Positions 17,501 through 28,041 of a stretch of 45,504 nt of DNA are shown here, piece by piece. The notes beneath the pieces were generated by a model that was given only the letters and a program-made list of their open reading frames with translations, ran no database searches and had not been told where the DNA came from. A program made the translations under genes and the position numbers. Where the stretch lies: assembly GCA_031553415.1 (NCBI GenBank), contig JAVBLO010000087.1:1-45504 (forward strand), in the 5' to 3' direction. Every line of letters begins with the position of its first letter. Within the stretch, counting starts at the first letter, position 1. This stretch comes from Bacteroidales bacterium. GTDB lineage: Bacteria > Bacteroidota > Bacteroidia > Bacteroidales > Azobacteroidaceae.

Positions 17501-19699
17501 TTATAAATCTTCTCGCTTCCATGTTTTCAGCCGTTCCAAGTGAGTAAAAAGAGTTGTATCTGAGCCTTCAAGATAAACAATAGCATTGGGGTCAATATCT
17601 AAAAAAGCATCGGGGTCAATTATTATTCTACCTGAGCCTTTTATATATAATTTACCTCCATCCATGATTTTCAGGGTACTTCCCTTTTTGATTCTTAATT
17701 CGGCATTGGGATTTAGTTCATAAATGCTGTTTTTTTCAATTATGAGAGAGCTTCCCCGTTTCACTTTGACAATAGAATTTGTTTCTTGTTTAAAGTAAGA
17801 ATTTTCCCTGCAGTGAAATGCGGTTGGGTTGATAAAATTTCCTTCATCGTTATGGGTATGCCTGTTAGGAGTTCCACCTTTATCAATCGACAAGGCAATT
17901 CCTTCATTGATAACAATATCCGGCCTGTTATCTTGTGTTATATCCGGCAAATAAATAGTTCCGCAATAACGGATATTATTATTTATTATCACATCATTGA
18001 AAGTAATTTTTATTTTGGCATTGCCTTCTGCATCATAATCCAGGATTTTAACGGAAATGCCATTCAGGACAAATGGATTCAACCTGAATTCTTTTTCGTT
18101 ATATATAGGAACATTTACCAGTCCGGGGTTTGAATCCATAGACAATTTTTGATTTTTTTTGAAAGTAATATCATGTCCTAAAAAATCATAAGTAAATTCA
18201 TTATCTTTCATCCTGACAAAGCATCCTTCATTTTTTTTGCCGGGACGAATGCTGTTATAATGTGTATCTAAAGAAATAATCCCGTTGGAATCAAAATCAG
18301 CACGGATAACTTCAGCCCTGCTTTGTCCGGCAATAGGATTCGGCTCCACCTCTTTGAAACTGTATAATTTATGTTTCCTCCTGAAACAAGGATCTATAAA
18401 TGAAAGCCCGAATTCATAATCATGGCTGCCTTCCGGATGCAGGCATTGTATTCCATTGGTAGTTCCTATATTTCCCCAAACGAGATGAGGTTTTGTTTTA
18501 TCATCTTGTATGCTTTCAATATAAGCCACTATCCCCCATGAGTGTTGAGGTATTTCATTTTTACAGCCATCATATAAAATAGAACTTTTATCAAAAATAG
18601 ATTTACCCTGATGGTTTTCCAACCATAAATAATGATTTTTAATCCCATTGCCGGGTATTTTTATCCTGATTATGTCGCCGGTCGTCATAAAATCCCTTAG
18701 AGTATATTCTCCGGAAGCATTTAAATCAGCTTCCTTTTTAATATCTGCATTTTCCCCATTGGCCTTAATACTATTAATCCAATCGAGATACCATTTTTCC
18801 CAACCTAATACACACAAAAACGGGGAGAAATTTAACGACATCATACCCCACCCCAGATTACCATAAAAATAATCACCTACGAGTTCATTGGCATAAGCAT
18901 AATGAGGACATTCAAAAATACTGTGTGCAATTTCATGGATGAATAAATGGAAAAAGTCTACGGAGGCCGAAGTCTGGGTAAATCCGCTTTGGTCGAAAAT
19001 ATAGCCGTTGAAGTCTATACCTGTTGTTCCATCCAATATGGCATATCCTCCATTGGAACCTCCCCAAGCGTCTATGTTATGTACAGGTTTTTGAATCATC
19101 TTATTGTGACTCCGGTATATGACAATAATGTAATCCGGTTTTTTATCAGGAGAATACAAACTGGCATCTTTTCTGTAAGAAGGCCTGTTTTCCCTCAGGT
19201 CGTATCTTGACCAATCAAAACCGGGATTTTCTTCTTTCAGCTTTTCGATTACCCTTCTGTTCAGTTGGCTCCAACTGCTGGCTCCACTTGCATCAATATT
19301 TATCCTTTTGGGATATACATCAGCAATCAACCTGAATTTTGAATGCGACATCTGGTAATAAAAGTATGATACATTTTTATCCTGATTTGCAAGAGGGCGT
19401 TCTGAAAAATCAGAAAAATCAGACAAAAAAGTGGATTTATCCTTTAATTTATCAGGAATAGCATCAGGCTCTTTACTCCAGCCTTGCATTTCAAAATTAT
19501 CGTATGGTTCACCGAATCCAGCGCAGATCACCAAAACTCTGAGGTCTCCTTTCGGAGTTAGAACATTTCCATATCCGGAATAAAATCCGGTTTTTCCCAC
19601 CTTTGAATCGGTATTTTGATTATAGTACGCATTCAATTGTTCTGTTTCAATGGTTAGGGCGGCAATTAATAATTGCCAGTAAAGGTTTAAGCTTTTCAT
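17501..19699 (-). CDS. large secreted protein with HExxH zinc-metallopeptidase motif
   Basis: 732 aa. Contains FIHEIAHSIFECPHY. The C-terminal third is rich in beta-helix-like repeats (IKKGSTLKIMDGGKLYIKGSGRIIID...). Confidence 0.5.
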   Translation of the reverse strand: MKSLNLYWQLLIAALTIETEQLNAYYNQNTDSKVGKTGFYSGYGNVLTPKGDLRVLVICAGFGEPYDNFEMQGWSKEPDAIPDKLKDKSTFLSDFSDFSERPLANQDKNVSYFYYQMSHSKFRLIADVYPKRINIDASGASSWSQLNRRVIEKLKEENPGFDWSRYDLRENRPSYRKDASLYSPDKKPDYIIVIYRSHNKMIQKPVHNIDAWGGSNGGYAILDGTTGIDFNGYIFDQSGFTQTSASVDFFHLFIHEIAHSIFECPHYAYANELVGDYFYGNLGWGMMSLNFSPFLCVLGWEKWYLDWINSIKANGENADIKKEADLNASGEYTLRDFMTTGDIIRIKIPGNGIKNHYLWLENHQGKSIFDKSSILYDGCKNEIPQHSWGIVAYIESIQDDKTKPHLVWGNIGTTNGIQCLHPEGSHDYEFGLSFIDPCFRRKHKLYSFKEVEPNPIAGQSRAEVIRADFDSNGIISLDTHYNSIRPGKKNEGCFVRMKDNEFTYDFLGHDITFKKNQKLSMDSNPGLVNVPIYNEKEFRLNPFVLNGISVKILDYDAEGNAKIKITFNDVIINNNIRYCGTIYLPDITQDNRPDIVINEGIALSIDKGGTPNRHTHNDEGNFINPTAFHCRENSYFKQETNSIVKVKRGSSLIIEKNSIYELNPNAELRIKKGSTLKIMDGGKLYIKGSGRIIIDPDAFLDIDPNAIVYLEGSDTTLFTHLERLKTWKREDL

Positions 19700-19837
19700 A
19701 GTAAGTTGATTTTTGAAATATGTTTTCTCTCTCTCTATAAAGGAAACAAGGACTTACAGAAAAAGGTTTTATCAATAATGGTTAATTAATTCTAAAAACA
19801 GATATTCAAAACGGGCACGATTTGAACCGGCTAAAAT

Positions 19838-22800
19838 TTATTTCTTCAATGCTTTCATAATTCCTTCCAAACCTTCGTTGAATTGTGCTAATTGTGCGAC
19901 AATTTGTCCAACCTGGTTATTCTTATCAATACCAGCTAACTTGTTGTTTTTAAGGAATATTTCTTTGATTGTTTCCCAGCGTTTCCGGTCGGAATCGGTA
20001 AATAATCCGGCAATTTCCTTTATTTTCAGCAAGTTGGCTTCATTTTCGGAAGTCAGGGTTTGTGCTTCACTTTCGTAGTGGGTCATGATCAACTCATTGA
20101 TCTCGGTTATGTTCATTAATGGAACAATGAGGCTAACCATTTTATTCATATCGCGGTATGAGCCTTGCAATTTAAACGCTGGTTCGGTGCGATACGCTTC
20201 CTGCATGGCAGCGCTGGTTATGTATGTCTGGTTTACTTTCAATACGAAATTGCGAACCAATAACGCATTTTTAACTACAGCAATAAAATCATCTACATCC
20301 TGCTGGATATGGTTTCCTTCCAGGTCGGGAAAGTTTCCGCTGTTGGTTTCAATAAAGTCTACCAGATTGTAAAAATCATTGAAACTTTTGGAGGCAATTT
20401 TTTGTAAATACGGATTTTCTACAATTGCATTTTCCAATAAACTGAGTTTGAAAAGATTTTCCGAGCTGCCGATTACATCGCCCAGGTTATAAATATCAGC
20501 ACGGTTGGCCAACATGTCAGGAATCTGAAATTTTTCCCCGCTTTCGGTATATGGATTTCCTGCCATGATTACACAGAAACGTTTTCCCCGTAAATCGTAA
20601 GTTTTGCTTTCTCCTTCGAAAATGCCGTCCATTTTACGTTGTCCATCAGCTAAGGAAATAAATTTTTGCAGAAATTCAGCGCTGCAATGTTGTATATCGT
20701 CCAGATACAACATAACGTTATCGGCCATCTCGAATGCGAGGTTGATTTTCTTCAATTCTTCACGCGCACCTGAAGTTTTTGCTTCAGCAGGGTCGATAGA
20801 AGTAATGGAATGCCCAATAGTTGGTCCGTTGATTTTAACGAAATTCAATCCCATGGTTTTGGACAGGTATTCCATTAAAGTTGTTTTCCCATATCCCGGG
20901 GGAGAAACCAGCAACAACATTCCCATGCGGGCGGTACGTTTGTTTTCGCCTGCGGTTCCGAGTTGTTTGGAGAGATTGGCTCCAATCAACGGAAAATATA
21001 TTTCATTGATTAATTTGTTGCGGACAAAAGAAGTCAGCACACGCGGTTTTAATTCGTTCAACTTAAGCGTTTTCTTGTATTTTTCAACCAGGTTTTCTTT
21101 TACTTCGCTGAACTCGTTGAATTCAGGAACACTGACTTCTGAGAAATGTGATAACCGCTTGATAAACGAATGATAATCCAAAGTATAAACACCATTAACG
21201 ATAACTGCATGGTTTCCTTTCAGGCTTTTAATTTCGGTTTTATCCGGAGCTTTAAGAAGTTCATAAGTTTGTTCTCCGAATAGTAACAAACAGGTCGCTT
21301 CTTCTGCGTACTTCTTTTCTTCCGAATAGTTTTTGGACGCATCTAAGAATGACTGCATCCAGTTGGAAGCGAGATAGAACCGCTCTACCCAATCAAAAGA
21401 TTCATCTTGAATATCTTTTTCAAAATCATTTAAGAATCCGGTTTTCGTAGCATAAGCCAAAAACGCCAACCGGAGTTTTTCTGCCTGACCGCTTTTGGTA
21501 AAAGTTGGAGATACTGCAAACTCCCGGAATAAATAATCTGCAATTTGTTGCGAAGTAACATTTGAAAAAACCAATGTAGTATTCCACTGTTCGAACAGTG
21601 TTTGAATCCGTTCAATAACATAACGGAAATTTTCTGAGCTGGGGAATACTTTCAACACAGTGCTGGCAGCAATAATCAGTTTGTTGAGTTTTGCTTTTTC
21701 ATCTTCTTCCAAACTATTCCAGAAAAGTTGTGCAACAACACGGAGATGTGGATGGAAAGACAGCATATCCAAGTGCTGATACAACAAATCTAGTACTTCA
21801 TAAATGCGTAAAGCATCATAATCGTGCACTCCTTTCAGGTAAGATTCGGAGTAATTTTGTTCTGCTTTTCGGGTGATATATTCTTTCGGATTGAATTTTT
21901 TACTCGTTTGTTTGGCTAAAAATGTTTGGTAAGCAAGGTATTCGGCACGATAAACAACCTTGTTTTCCGAAAGAATTTCCTGTTCCCAGATGCACCTGTA
22001 ATGGTTGATTTTTTCATTATCCAGGAGTTGGTAAAAACTTGTTCCCGTCAGGTGGTAATATAATCGGTCGTTTTTCCTGACAACGGTCAAATCTAACGGC
22101 TGTTTGCTAACAGTGAATTTGTAAGTACCCAGACTGATGATTTGTTCTCCATCTACAAACAATTCCGTGCGGTCTTTCAATATGCGTAAAGCATCTTCCA
22201 ATGAAGTTTTAAGGCAGTTTTCGAGATTTTCAGCTTTCGAAACATCTCCCAATAATTTGAGTTCTTCAACTAATTTCCGGACTTTATCAATCATCAGGTC
22301 AGTTGAAAAGAAAGCTTGTATTTCTTCTTTGGTCTTGAATGATTGGGCTTTGTTTTCGATATTCTTCAACACCCGGAGCCCGATTTGTTCGAGCGAAGAA
22401 GTCCGGTGGTTGATTTGTTCCTGTAATTGCGCCTTTTTACCATCAAATGCTTTGGTAATTTCGTCACGTTTGTCTGCAATTTTTTCGACAAATTCGTTGA
22501 AATCGGCGAATTTACTTTCCAATTCTTCGACCAGAACACTTATTTTGGTAAAATATTCATCACATTTCCCAGGAGAAGTTGCCAGTTCCAGGTAATTAAC
22601 AATGCTTTGTTCCAACAAGGTAAGTTGTGCATGGAATTCAGCCACGGATTCCCCGGTTTTCAAAGAGTCGGTTTTCCTCTTTAACCGGGCGCGCACTTCA
22701 TTCAACGATGCGAATATCAGTGAAATTTTTTCGACAATGCGGGTAGCCTGGGTTTTATCTTCAATTTTCAGGCTGTTCAAGATATCTATTAAAAGCTCAA

Positions 22801-24670
22801 GTTCGGATGAAATCAGTTTGCAGTTTTCATCTATTTTATTGGCATCAATAACTTTGGTAACTGTTTCAATCTGTTCTTTTTCGATTGCAACTTTTTCTTC
22901 ATAAGGAACCAAAGCCTCATCTTTCAACAGAAACTCAACTGTTTTATCCGAAAGTTTTTCATTGGTTTCGGCCAGTTGTTTTTTAAGTTCCTCAATTTTC
23001 TCCGAATCAATATACTTTATATTGCCTTTCTCAATGACTTCGCCTTGTAACTTCCGGGTTTCGGCCAACAATTTTACCAGACTATCGAGATTATCATATC
23101 TATTATTCTTGTAACTGAATAATAAACTTTCAATCTTTTCGATTGTTTCATCAAGCTGTTGGGATGCATATTTTTTTTGTGTCTGTACTTTGGCAAACTC
23201 ATCGATAGCAGTTTCTGCAATGCTTTTTATGTGTTTCAGTGGTTCGGAGAGGCAATATGTTTCCTTATCTGCAATCCAGAAAAAAGCATCAATAGTATCG
23301 TTCGCTTTTTTGGCTATATCAACATAAAGTCCGTCGTAAGAATCTTCCTTATTGATTAATTGTATAATTTCGTGGCATTCAGCCATTGCCTTTACAATAT
23401 CTTTGTTTCCGATTTTATAGAGTTTATTATCCTTTTTTCCCGTATTTTCGGTAAACTGGCGTTGGTAAGGCGTTTGCCAGATTTGCACCTGGTGATACTT
23501 GGTTGCGTCTTGTTCGGTTTTAAAATAAATCAACCGTCCATCGGCATATAATGTAAAACCGCCACATATAATTGGTGTTTCCACTTGTTGTTTGATGATG
23601 TTGTATGACATCAACACGTATGTATGTGTATCGCCTTGATAGAAAAGGTAAAGGAAATCTTCTCCGTTTCCGGATAAAATCCGGCGCACGAATTCCATAT
23701 TATGTAAGTCACTTTCGAATATTTTATATTCTCCTGTTTGCAGGTAATAACCGTTGGGGAAAATGATTCCCTGATTATCAGGCAACAAAATTCCGGCATT
23801 CAACAACATGTGAATATTGACTACTTCCTTGGTGCGTGTATTGAAAATATATGAACGGAAATCTTCTTGGTAAGGCTTGATTTTAACTGCTAACAAATTG
23901 CCTAAATCGGCATAATAATATTCTGCATCATCTAATTGCTGGTCTTTATTCTCAACTGCTTCGGCATAAATTCCCTTTCCTGTCCTGGTATTGTCTTCAA
24001 TTTTGAATGTAATATCTCCGCCAACAGCCTCGATAAAAACTTTATTCATGATTGAAACATGCGGGTGAAGTCCGAGGCGGCGGTCTTCCAATGTGGTTTT
24101 ATTCCATTGGAACTCATGTTGGGATGGTTTGACTACTTCATGGATGCTCCGGTCGTCGATGTAAACCAGTTTGTTGTCTTTCATCAACCACTTGAAAGCT
24201 TTGGCGTCGGCAATGGTTTTTCCTGTCTGGAAAATCATATACAAGTAATTATCGGTTCTCCTGAAACGGGAGAAAATGGCATTCCGGTAATATTTGTAAA
24301 GATTGTTATAATCGTTTACAAAATCCGGGTTATTGATAAGATCTAATGGTTGAGGATTGAAATGGTTATCTTCAAATTTATAAATACTGAAAACATCGCT
24401 GAGCTGGATATCCGACCGCAGGCCAAAATGGACATTGTATGCAAAGATGCACAAATCGCCAATAACCATAATCCCCCTTGCCACACAATTGTTTTCGGTA
24501 GCAATGCGCTGGTTGGCTATCAGGGAAAAATCAACCGAACTGAAAACTTCTTTGCGCGATTCGTTCAGTTGGTTAAGGCGTTTATTAAGCTCGTCTTTTT
24601 GCGCTTGAAGGCGTTTTTTTATGATTTCGTAGGTGCCGGAATCGAGGGTTTCTATATTGGGTTGTTGCAT
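19838..24670 (-). CDS. giant (1610 aa) coiled-coil protein with C-terminal AAA+ (MoxR/dynein-type AAA_5) ATPase module; function unknown
   Basis: Walker A LLVSPPGYGKTTL and Walker B VMLYLDDIQH. VIMAGNPYTESGEKFQIPDMLANRAD matches the AAA_5 sensor region. About 700 aa of heptad-rich coiled-coil lie in the middle. The N-terminal ~450-aa domain is unrecognised. Confidence 0.8.
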   Translation of the reverse strand: MQQPNIETLDSGTYEIIKKRLQAQKDELNKRLNQLNESRKEVFSSVDFSLIANQRIATENNCVARGIMVIGDLCIFAYNVHFGLRSDIQLSDVFSIYKFEDNHFNPQPLDLINNPDFVNDYNNLYKYYRNAIFSRFRRTDNYLYMIFQTGKTIADAKAFKWLMKDNKLVYIDDRSIHEVVKPSQHEFQWNKTTLEDRRLGLHPHVSIMNKVFIEAVGGDITFKIEDNTRTGKGIYAEAVENKDQQLDDAEYYYADLGNLLAVKIKPYQEDFRSYIFNTRTKEVVNIHMLLNAGILLPDNQGIIFPNGYYLQTGEYKIFESDLHNMEFVRRILSGNGEDFLYLFYQGDTHTYVLMSYNIIKQQVETPIICGGFTLYADGRLIYFKTEQDATKYHQVQIWQTPYQRQFTENTGKKDNKLYKIGNKDIVKAMAECHEIIQLINKEDSYDGLYVDIAKKANDTIDAFFWIADKETYCLSEPLKHIKSIAETAIDEFAKVQTQKKYASQQLDETIEKIESLLFSYKNNRYDNLDSLVKLLAETRKLQGEVIEKGNIKYIDSEKIEELKKQLAETNEKLSDKTVEFLLKDEALVPYEEKVAIEKEQIETVTKVIDANKIDENCKLISSELELLIDILNSLKIEDKTQATRIVEKISLIFASLNEVRARLKRKTDSLKTGESVAEFHAQLTLLEQSIVNYLELATSPGKCDEYFTKISVLVEELESKFADFNEFVEKIADKRDEITKAFDGKKAQLQEQINHRTSSLEQIGLRVLKNIENKAQSFKTKEEIQAFFSTDLMIDKVRKLVEELKLLGDVSKAENLENCLKTSLEDALRILKDRTELFVDGEQIISLGTYKFTVSKQPLDLTVVRKNDRLYYHLTGTSFYQLLDNEKINHYRCIWEQEILSENKVVYRAEYLAYQTFLAKQTSKKFNPKEYITRKAEQNYSESYLKGVHDYDALRIYEVLDLLYQHLDMLSFHPHLRVVAQLFWNSLEEDEKAKLNKLIIAASTVLKVFPSSENFRYVIERIQTLFEQWNTTLVFSNVTSQQIADYLFREFAVSPTFTKSGQAEKLRLAFLAYATKTGFLNDFEKDIQDESFDWVERFYLASNWMQSFLDASKNYSEEKKYAEEATCLLLFGEQTYELLKAPDKTEIKSLKGNHAVIVNGVYTLDYHSFIKRLSHFSEVSVPEFNEFSEVKENLVEKYKKTLKLNELKPRVLTSFVRNKLINEIYFPLIGANLSKQLGTAGENKRTARMGMLLLVSPPGYGKTTLMEYLSKTMGLNFVKINGPTIGHSITSIDPAEAKTSGAREELKKINLAFEMADNVMLYLDDIQHCSAEFLQKFISLADGQRKMDGIFEGESKTYDLRGKRFCVIMAGNPYTESGEKFQIPDMLANRADIYNLGDVIGSSENLFKLSLLENAIVENPYLQKIASKSFNDFYNLVDFIETNSGNFPDLEGNHIQQDVDDFIAVVKNALLVRNFVLKVNQTYITSAAMQEAYRTEPAFKLQGSYRDMNKMVSLIVPLMNITEINELIMTHYESEAQTLTSENEANLLKIKEIAGLFTDSDRKRWETIKEIFLKNNKLAGIDKNNQVGQIVAQLAQFNEGLEGIMKALKK

Positions 24671-24777
24671 AGGTATTTATATAAAAAGAATTATCGGAAG
24701 TTATTAGAATTCAACCGGGAGTTACCGGAATAAATTCTCCTGATAAATTCCGATAACTTCTGATTAAATTCCAAAAA

Positions 24778-26859
24778 TCAACTCAAATGTTTATTTGATA
24801 CTCCCAACGATTTTGCCATTCCCATTAAGTTATTCAACAGACCCTTGTCTTCATCCCCTGCCTGTTGATGCATTTTGATAATCAAACTGGAAATGCTCAG
24901 GTTTTTAATATCTTCCGATGAAATACCTAACCGGTCGGCCATATCACGGATTTTATCGAATAAACCTCCGTTTCCATTGGACAACAATGCTTTTTTGATT
25001 TCTTGCATATTCTCACTTTCATTAACCAAACGGTCGAATCCTTTGGCATTGGAAATTTGTTTGACGATGTTTTCGAAGAACATGGTTTCGCCTCCGACAA
25101 TGTCGATATTGGCCGATTTCAATGCTTCCGACAACACATGTGCCTGTGCTTCGGCAATGTCTTTCTGGATATTGATTTGCGCCAGTTCGATATCTTTTTC
25201 TTTCTGAAGCTGGAGTTTGAATTCTTCGTGTTGTTTTCCAACACCGTCGAATTTCTTCATGGCATCTGCTTTCTTTTCAATACCGGATGCATCGGCTAAG
25301 GCTTTTTCCTTGATTCCGGTAGCTTCGGCTAAGGCTTTTTCGCGGGTTACATCAGCTTCTGCAAAACCTTCTTTCTTTTTCGCTTCTGCTTTCGCTTCAA
25401 TTCCTGTGGCTTCTGCTTTGGCTTTCTTTTCAATAACAGTTGCTTCTACAGTTCCCTGACGCTCCATAGCATTGGCTTTGGCATGCATTACTTCAGCTTC
25501 GGAAAGTCCGATAGTTGCTTCTTCACGGGCAGTTGCTTCAGCTAAAATTTTACGCGCTTCCGCTTGTTTGGCTGATGCTTCTTTTTTCGCTTCTGCATCG
25601 ATTTGCAATTGTTTGGCTTTTTCCTGGGCTGCCTGTGTGTCAGCTTCTGCAGCACGCACAGTTTGAATCAATCTTTCTTCTGCTGTTTGGCTGGCACTGG
25701 TGATACCTACTTTTTTCTGGCGTTCCACTTCGCGGAATGCTTCAATATCCTTGATGCTTTGTTGTTCTTCCACAACACCTTTTTCCAATTGTACCCTTTC
25801 ACGGATAACATCCTGGATATTTTTCTTTTCCACTTCGATGACTTTATCCCTTTCGATTTGGGCTAAAGTAACAATGCGTTCACGTTCGGTTTGTTCCAAA
25901 GCGCGGTCTTTTTCCACCCTTTCGGTTTCGACAGCAGCCGTACGGATTTTATTTTTTTCCGCAATAATGATCTGGCGTAGTTTATTTTCTTCCTGAACTT
26001 GCAGGCTTTCTTCCGTTGAGATTCTTACAGTTTCTGCTTTAAGACGTTCTTCTTCACGGACTTTTTTGATTTCAGCTTCTTCGCGAGCTTTGGCATTGTC
26101 AATTTCACGTTTTTGTTTTTCTTCTTTTTCTGCTAACTGGCGTTCCATTTCGAGAATGGCTTCGCGCGCTTCCACATTTTGCTTTTTGATAGCTTTTTCT
26201 TCTTCCCTGCGGATATAGTTCGCATTGATATTTTGAGTCGCTGTCAGTTCTGTAATTTTTTTAATACCCTCAGAATCGAGGATATTATCCGGACTAAGGA
26301 ATTGAAGTTCTGTCTGCTCCAGATAGTCAATGGCGCAGTCGTCCAGGATATAACCATTCAAATCAGTACCTATAATGTTAAGGATTTCATCACGGAATTC
26401 CCTACGGGCTTCATATAGTTCGATAAATTGGAATTTCTTCCCTACGGTTTTTAATGCTTCGGAAAACTTGGATTCAAAAATAGTTCTGAGGGTTACAATG
26501 TCGCTTGCCCTTTCGCATCCTATGGTCTGAGCTACATTGATAACATCATTGACATTTTTATTTACCCGCACAAAAAAGGCAACTTTGATATCTGCACGGA
26601 TATTGTCTTTACAAATCAATCCGTCGTGTTGCATTCTTTCAATATCTAATTTTTTAACTGAAATATCCATGATTTCCATTTTGTGGAAAATAGGGATGAC
26701 GTACATACCTTTATTAAATGCGACAGCAGTGCCGCCTACACCTGTACGTACGATAGCTTTCCCTTGTGGAATTTTTTTGTAGAATGTAGCCAGCATGGCT
26801 AAGAACACCAGCAGGACAAACAGAATAGCGCCTGCTGTAATAGCAATAATTTCTCCCAT
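24778..26859 (-). CDS. flotillin-like SPFH/band-7 protein (YqiK/FloT family)
   Basis: 693 aa. N-terminal TM helix plus SPFH region (AIVRTGVGGTAVAFNKGMYVIPIFHKMEIMDIS...) and a long EA-rich coiled-coil tail (KAEAEAKKKEGFAEADVTREKALAEATGIKEKALADASGIEKKADA). Confidence 0.82.
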   Translation of the reverse strand: MGEIIAITAGAILFVLLVFLAMLATFYKKIPQGKAIVRTGVGGTAVAFNKGMYVIPIFHKMEIMDISVKKLDIERMQHDGLICKDNIRADIKVAFFVRVNKNVNDVINVAQTIGCERASDIVTLRTIFESKFSEALKTVGKKFQFIELYEARREFRDEILNIIGTDLNGYILDDCAIDYLEQTELQFLSPDNILDSEGIKKITELTATQNINANYIRREEEKAIKKQNVEAREAILEMERQLAEKEEKQKREIDNAKAREEAEIKKVREEERLKAETVRISTEESLQVQEENKLRQIIIAEKNKIRTAAVETERVEKDRALEQTERERIVTLAQIERDKVIEVEKKNIQDVIRERVQLEKGVVEEQQSIKDIEAFREVERQKKVGITSASQTAEERLIQTVRAAEADTQAAQEKAKQLQIDAEAKKEASAKQAEARKILAEATAREEATIGLSEAEVMHAKANAMERQGTVEATVIEKKAKAEATGIEAKAEAKKKEGFAEADVTREKALAEATGIKEKALADASGIEKKADAMKKFDGVGKQHEEFKLQLQKEKDIELAQINIQKDIAEAQAHVLSEALKSANIDIVGGETMFFENIVKQISNAKGFDRLVNESENMQEIKKALLSNGNGGLFDKIRDMADRLGISSEDIKNLSISSLIIKMHQQAGDEDKGLLNNLMGMAKSLGVSNKHLS

Positions 26860-26864
26860 AATAA

Positions 26865-27566
26865 TTAAATAGTAAATTCTTTTGTTACGTAATATGTCTT
26901 TTTATCCTCACTTTCGTCAACGACCATTACTTGGTCGCCGTATCTTATTTCTTCTCCGGTCATACTAATGACATTCAGTTTCATCGGATTCTTTTCAATG
27001 AAAAATTCGGCAAAACCAATCTTCTTGTCTTTGATGGTAGACAACATCTTTCCTGAGCGTCCGAGAAAATCAATTCCCTCCTCGCCCTGATATCCTATTT
27101 CCTTAAAAAATCTTGCCATAGGTGTGGTCGCAAATTTAGTTAAAATTATTCCGATACCAAGCAATGGGATCAGAATCAATATAGATTTCCAGCCCCAGGT
27201 ATCTACAGCTATCATTTGAGTGGTTATCAGGGTTCCTATCCATGTGAAAAATTTCAACGTAGAAAATATCAGCATGAAAGGGACTTTCCCGACATTCAGG
27301 AATTCCAGGAATTTTACGAATGGTCCGTGCACTTTTTCTGTGGGGACATCATGGTCGGGATCCGGATCATGGTTTACATCGTGAACGTGTCCGTCTAACC
27401 CTGCATCAACATTTGCATCCACATCGAAATCAGCACCCAGGTCAATATCTCCGAATCCGATGCCGCCAATCAAAACGAATAGCCAATACAGAACAATAAC
27501 TGCCATTATCCCAGTCATAATGGCATTGGGAAGGGGATGAATTAAGTGGTGCCAGAGTTCTGCCAT
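26865..27566 (-). CDS. NfeD/YqiJ-like membrane protein (flotillin partner)
   Basis: 233 aa, 5 bp upstream of the flotillin gene. Acidic DxD-rich region, several TM helices and a C-terminal soluble beta-rich domain. This resembles the yqiJ-yqiK pairing. Confidence 0.55.
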   Translation of the reverse strand: MAELWHHLIHPLPNAIMTGIMAVIVLYWLFVLIGGIGFGDIDLGADFDVDANVDAGLDGHVHDVNHDPDPDHDVPTEKVHGPFVKFLEFLNVGKVPFMLIFSTLKFFTWIGTLITTQMIAVDTWGWKSILILIPLLGIGIILTKFATTPMARFFKEIGYQGEEGIDFLGRSGKMLSTIKDKKIGFAEFFIEKNPMKLNVISMTGEEIRYGDQVMVVDESEDKKTYYVTKEFTI

Positions 27567-27616
27567 AGTAGTGTATGTAGTTTAATTGACAAAGATAAAA
27601 ATGATATTTATTATAT

Positions 27617-27937
27617 TCATTTATAAATATTCCTCAACCACGGAATTTTTGAAAAAAACCGATACAGTTTTGTTTCAAACTTTGTTGGTTGCAAATCTTC
27701 TTCCTGAAGGAAACCTCCATCTTTCAAAATCCGGACGGCCCGCTCCACATCATCTTCCATAACCTGCAGTTTCACTCCTCCAATCGCTGTAGATATAAAA
27801 GGGTGAACCTGCGAAGTTAATTCATCCTGAACAAAACAATATATTCCTTCCGATTCCAATAAGCTTTGCGCAATACCTATTTCATGCGAAAAAACAAATG
27901 TTTTGACGGTTACAAGTTTGTTTCCTTTTTCTGACAT
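27617..27937 (-). CDS. DUF2007-like small protein
   Basis: 106 aa. LVTVKTFVFSHEIGIAQSLLESEGIYCFVQDE matches the DUF2007 pattern. Confidence 0.5.
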   Translation of the reverse strand: MSEKGNKLVTVKTFVFSHEIGIAQSLLESEGIYCFVQDELTSQVHPFISTAIGGVKLQVMEDDVERAVRILKDGGFLQEEDLQPTKFETKLYRFFSKIPWLRNIYK

Positions 27938-28041
27938 TGTTTTAACTTCGTATATTATTCTGTAATTGTTTGCAATTTGCTATGCACAATTAAATTGCAA
28001 TTAATTGCCATATATTGCGCTAACGGCTAATTGCTTTAATT

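Noticed and set aside
24671-24777. Short inverted and permuted repeats (TTATCGGAAGTTAT / CCGATAACTTCTGAT, CCGGGAGTTACCGG) in the flotillin to giant-ATPase intergenic region, with weak similarity to the 10-bp tandem units at 40231-40270
   Set aside because: The arms are only about 8 nt truly complementary and the similarity to the distant tandem repeat is a circularly permuted 10-mer. This is more likely chance, although an operator for the downstream gene cannot be excluded.
24875-25996. Cluster of plus-strand ORFs inside the flotillin gene encoding Ala/Ser/Phe-rich peptides
   Set aside because: They are artefacts of the repetitive GAA/GCT-rich (Glu/Ala coiled-coil) coding sequence read in reverse. 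All overlap the well-supported flotillin CDS.
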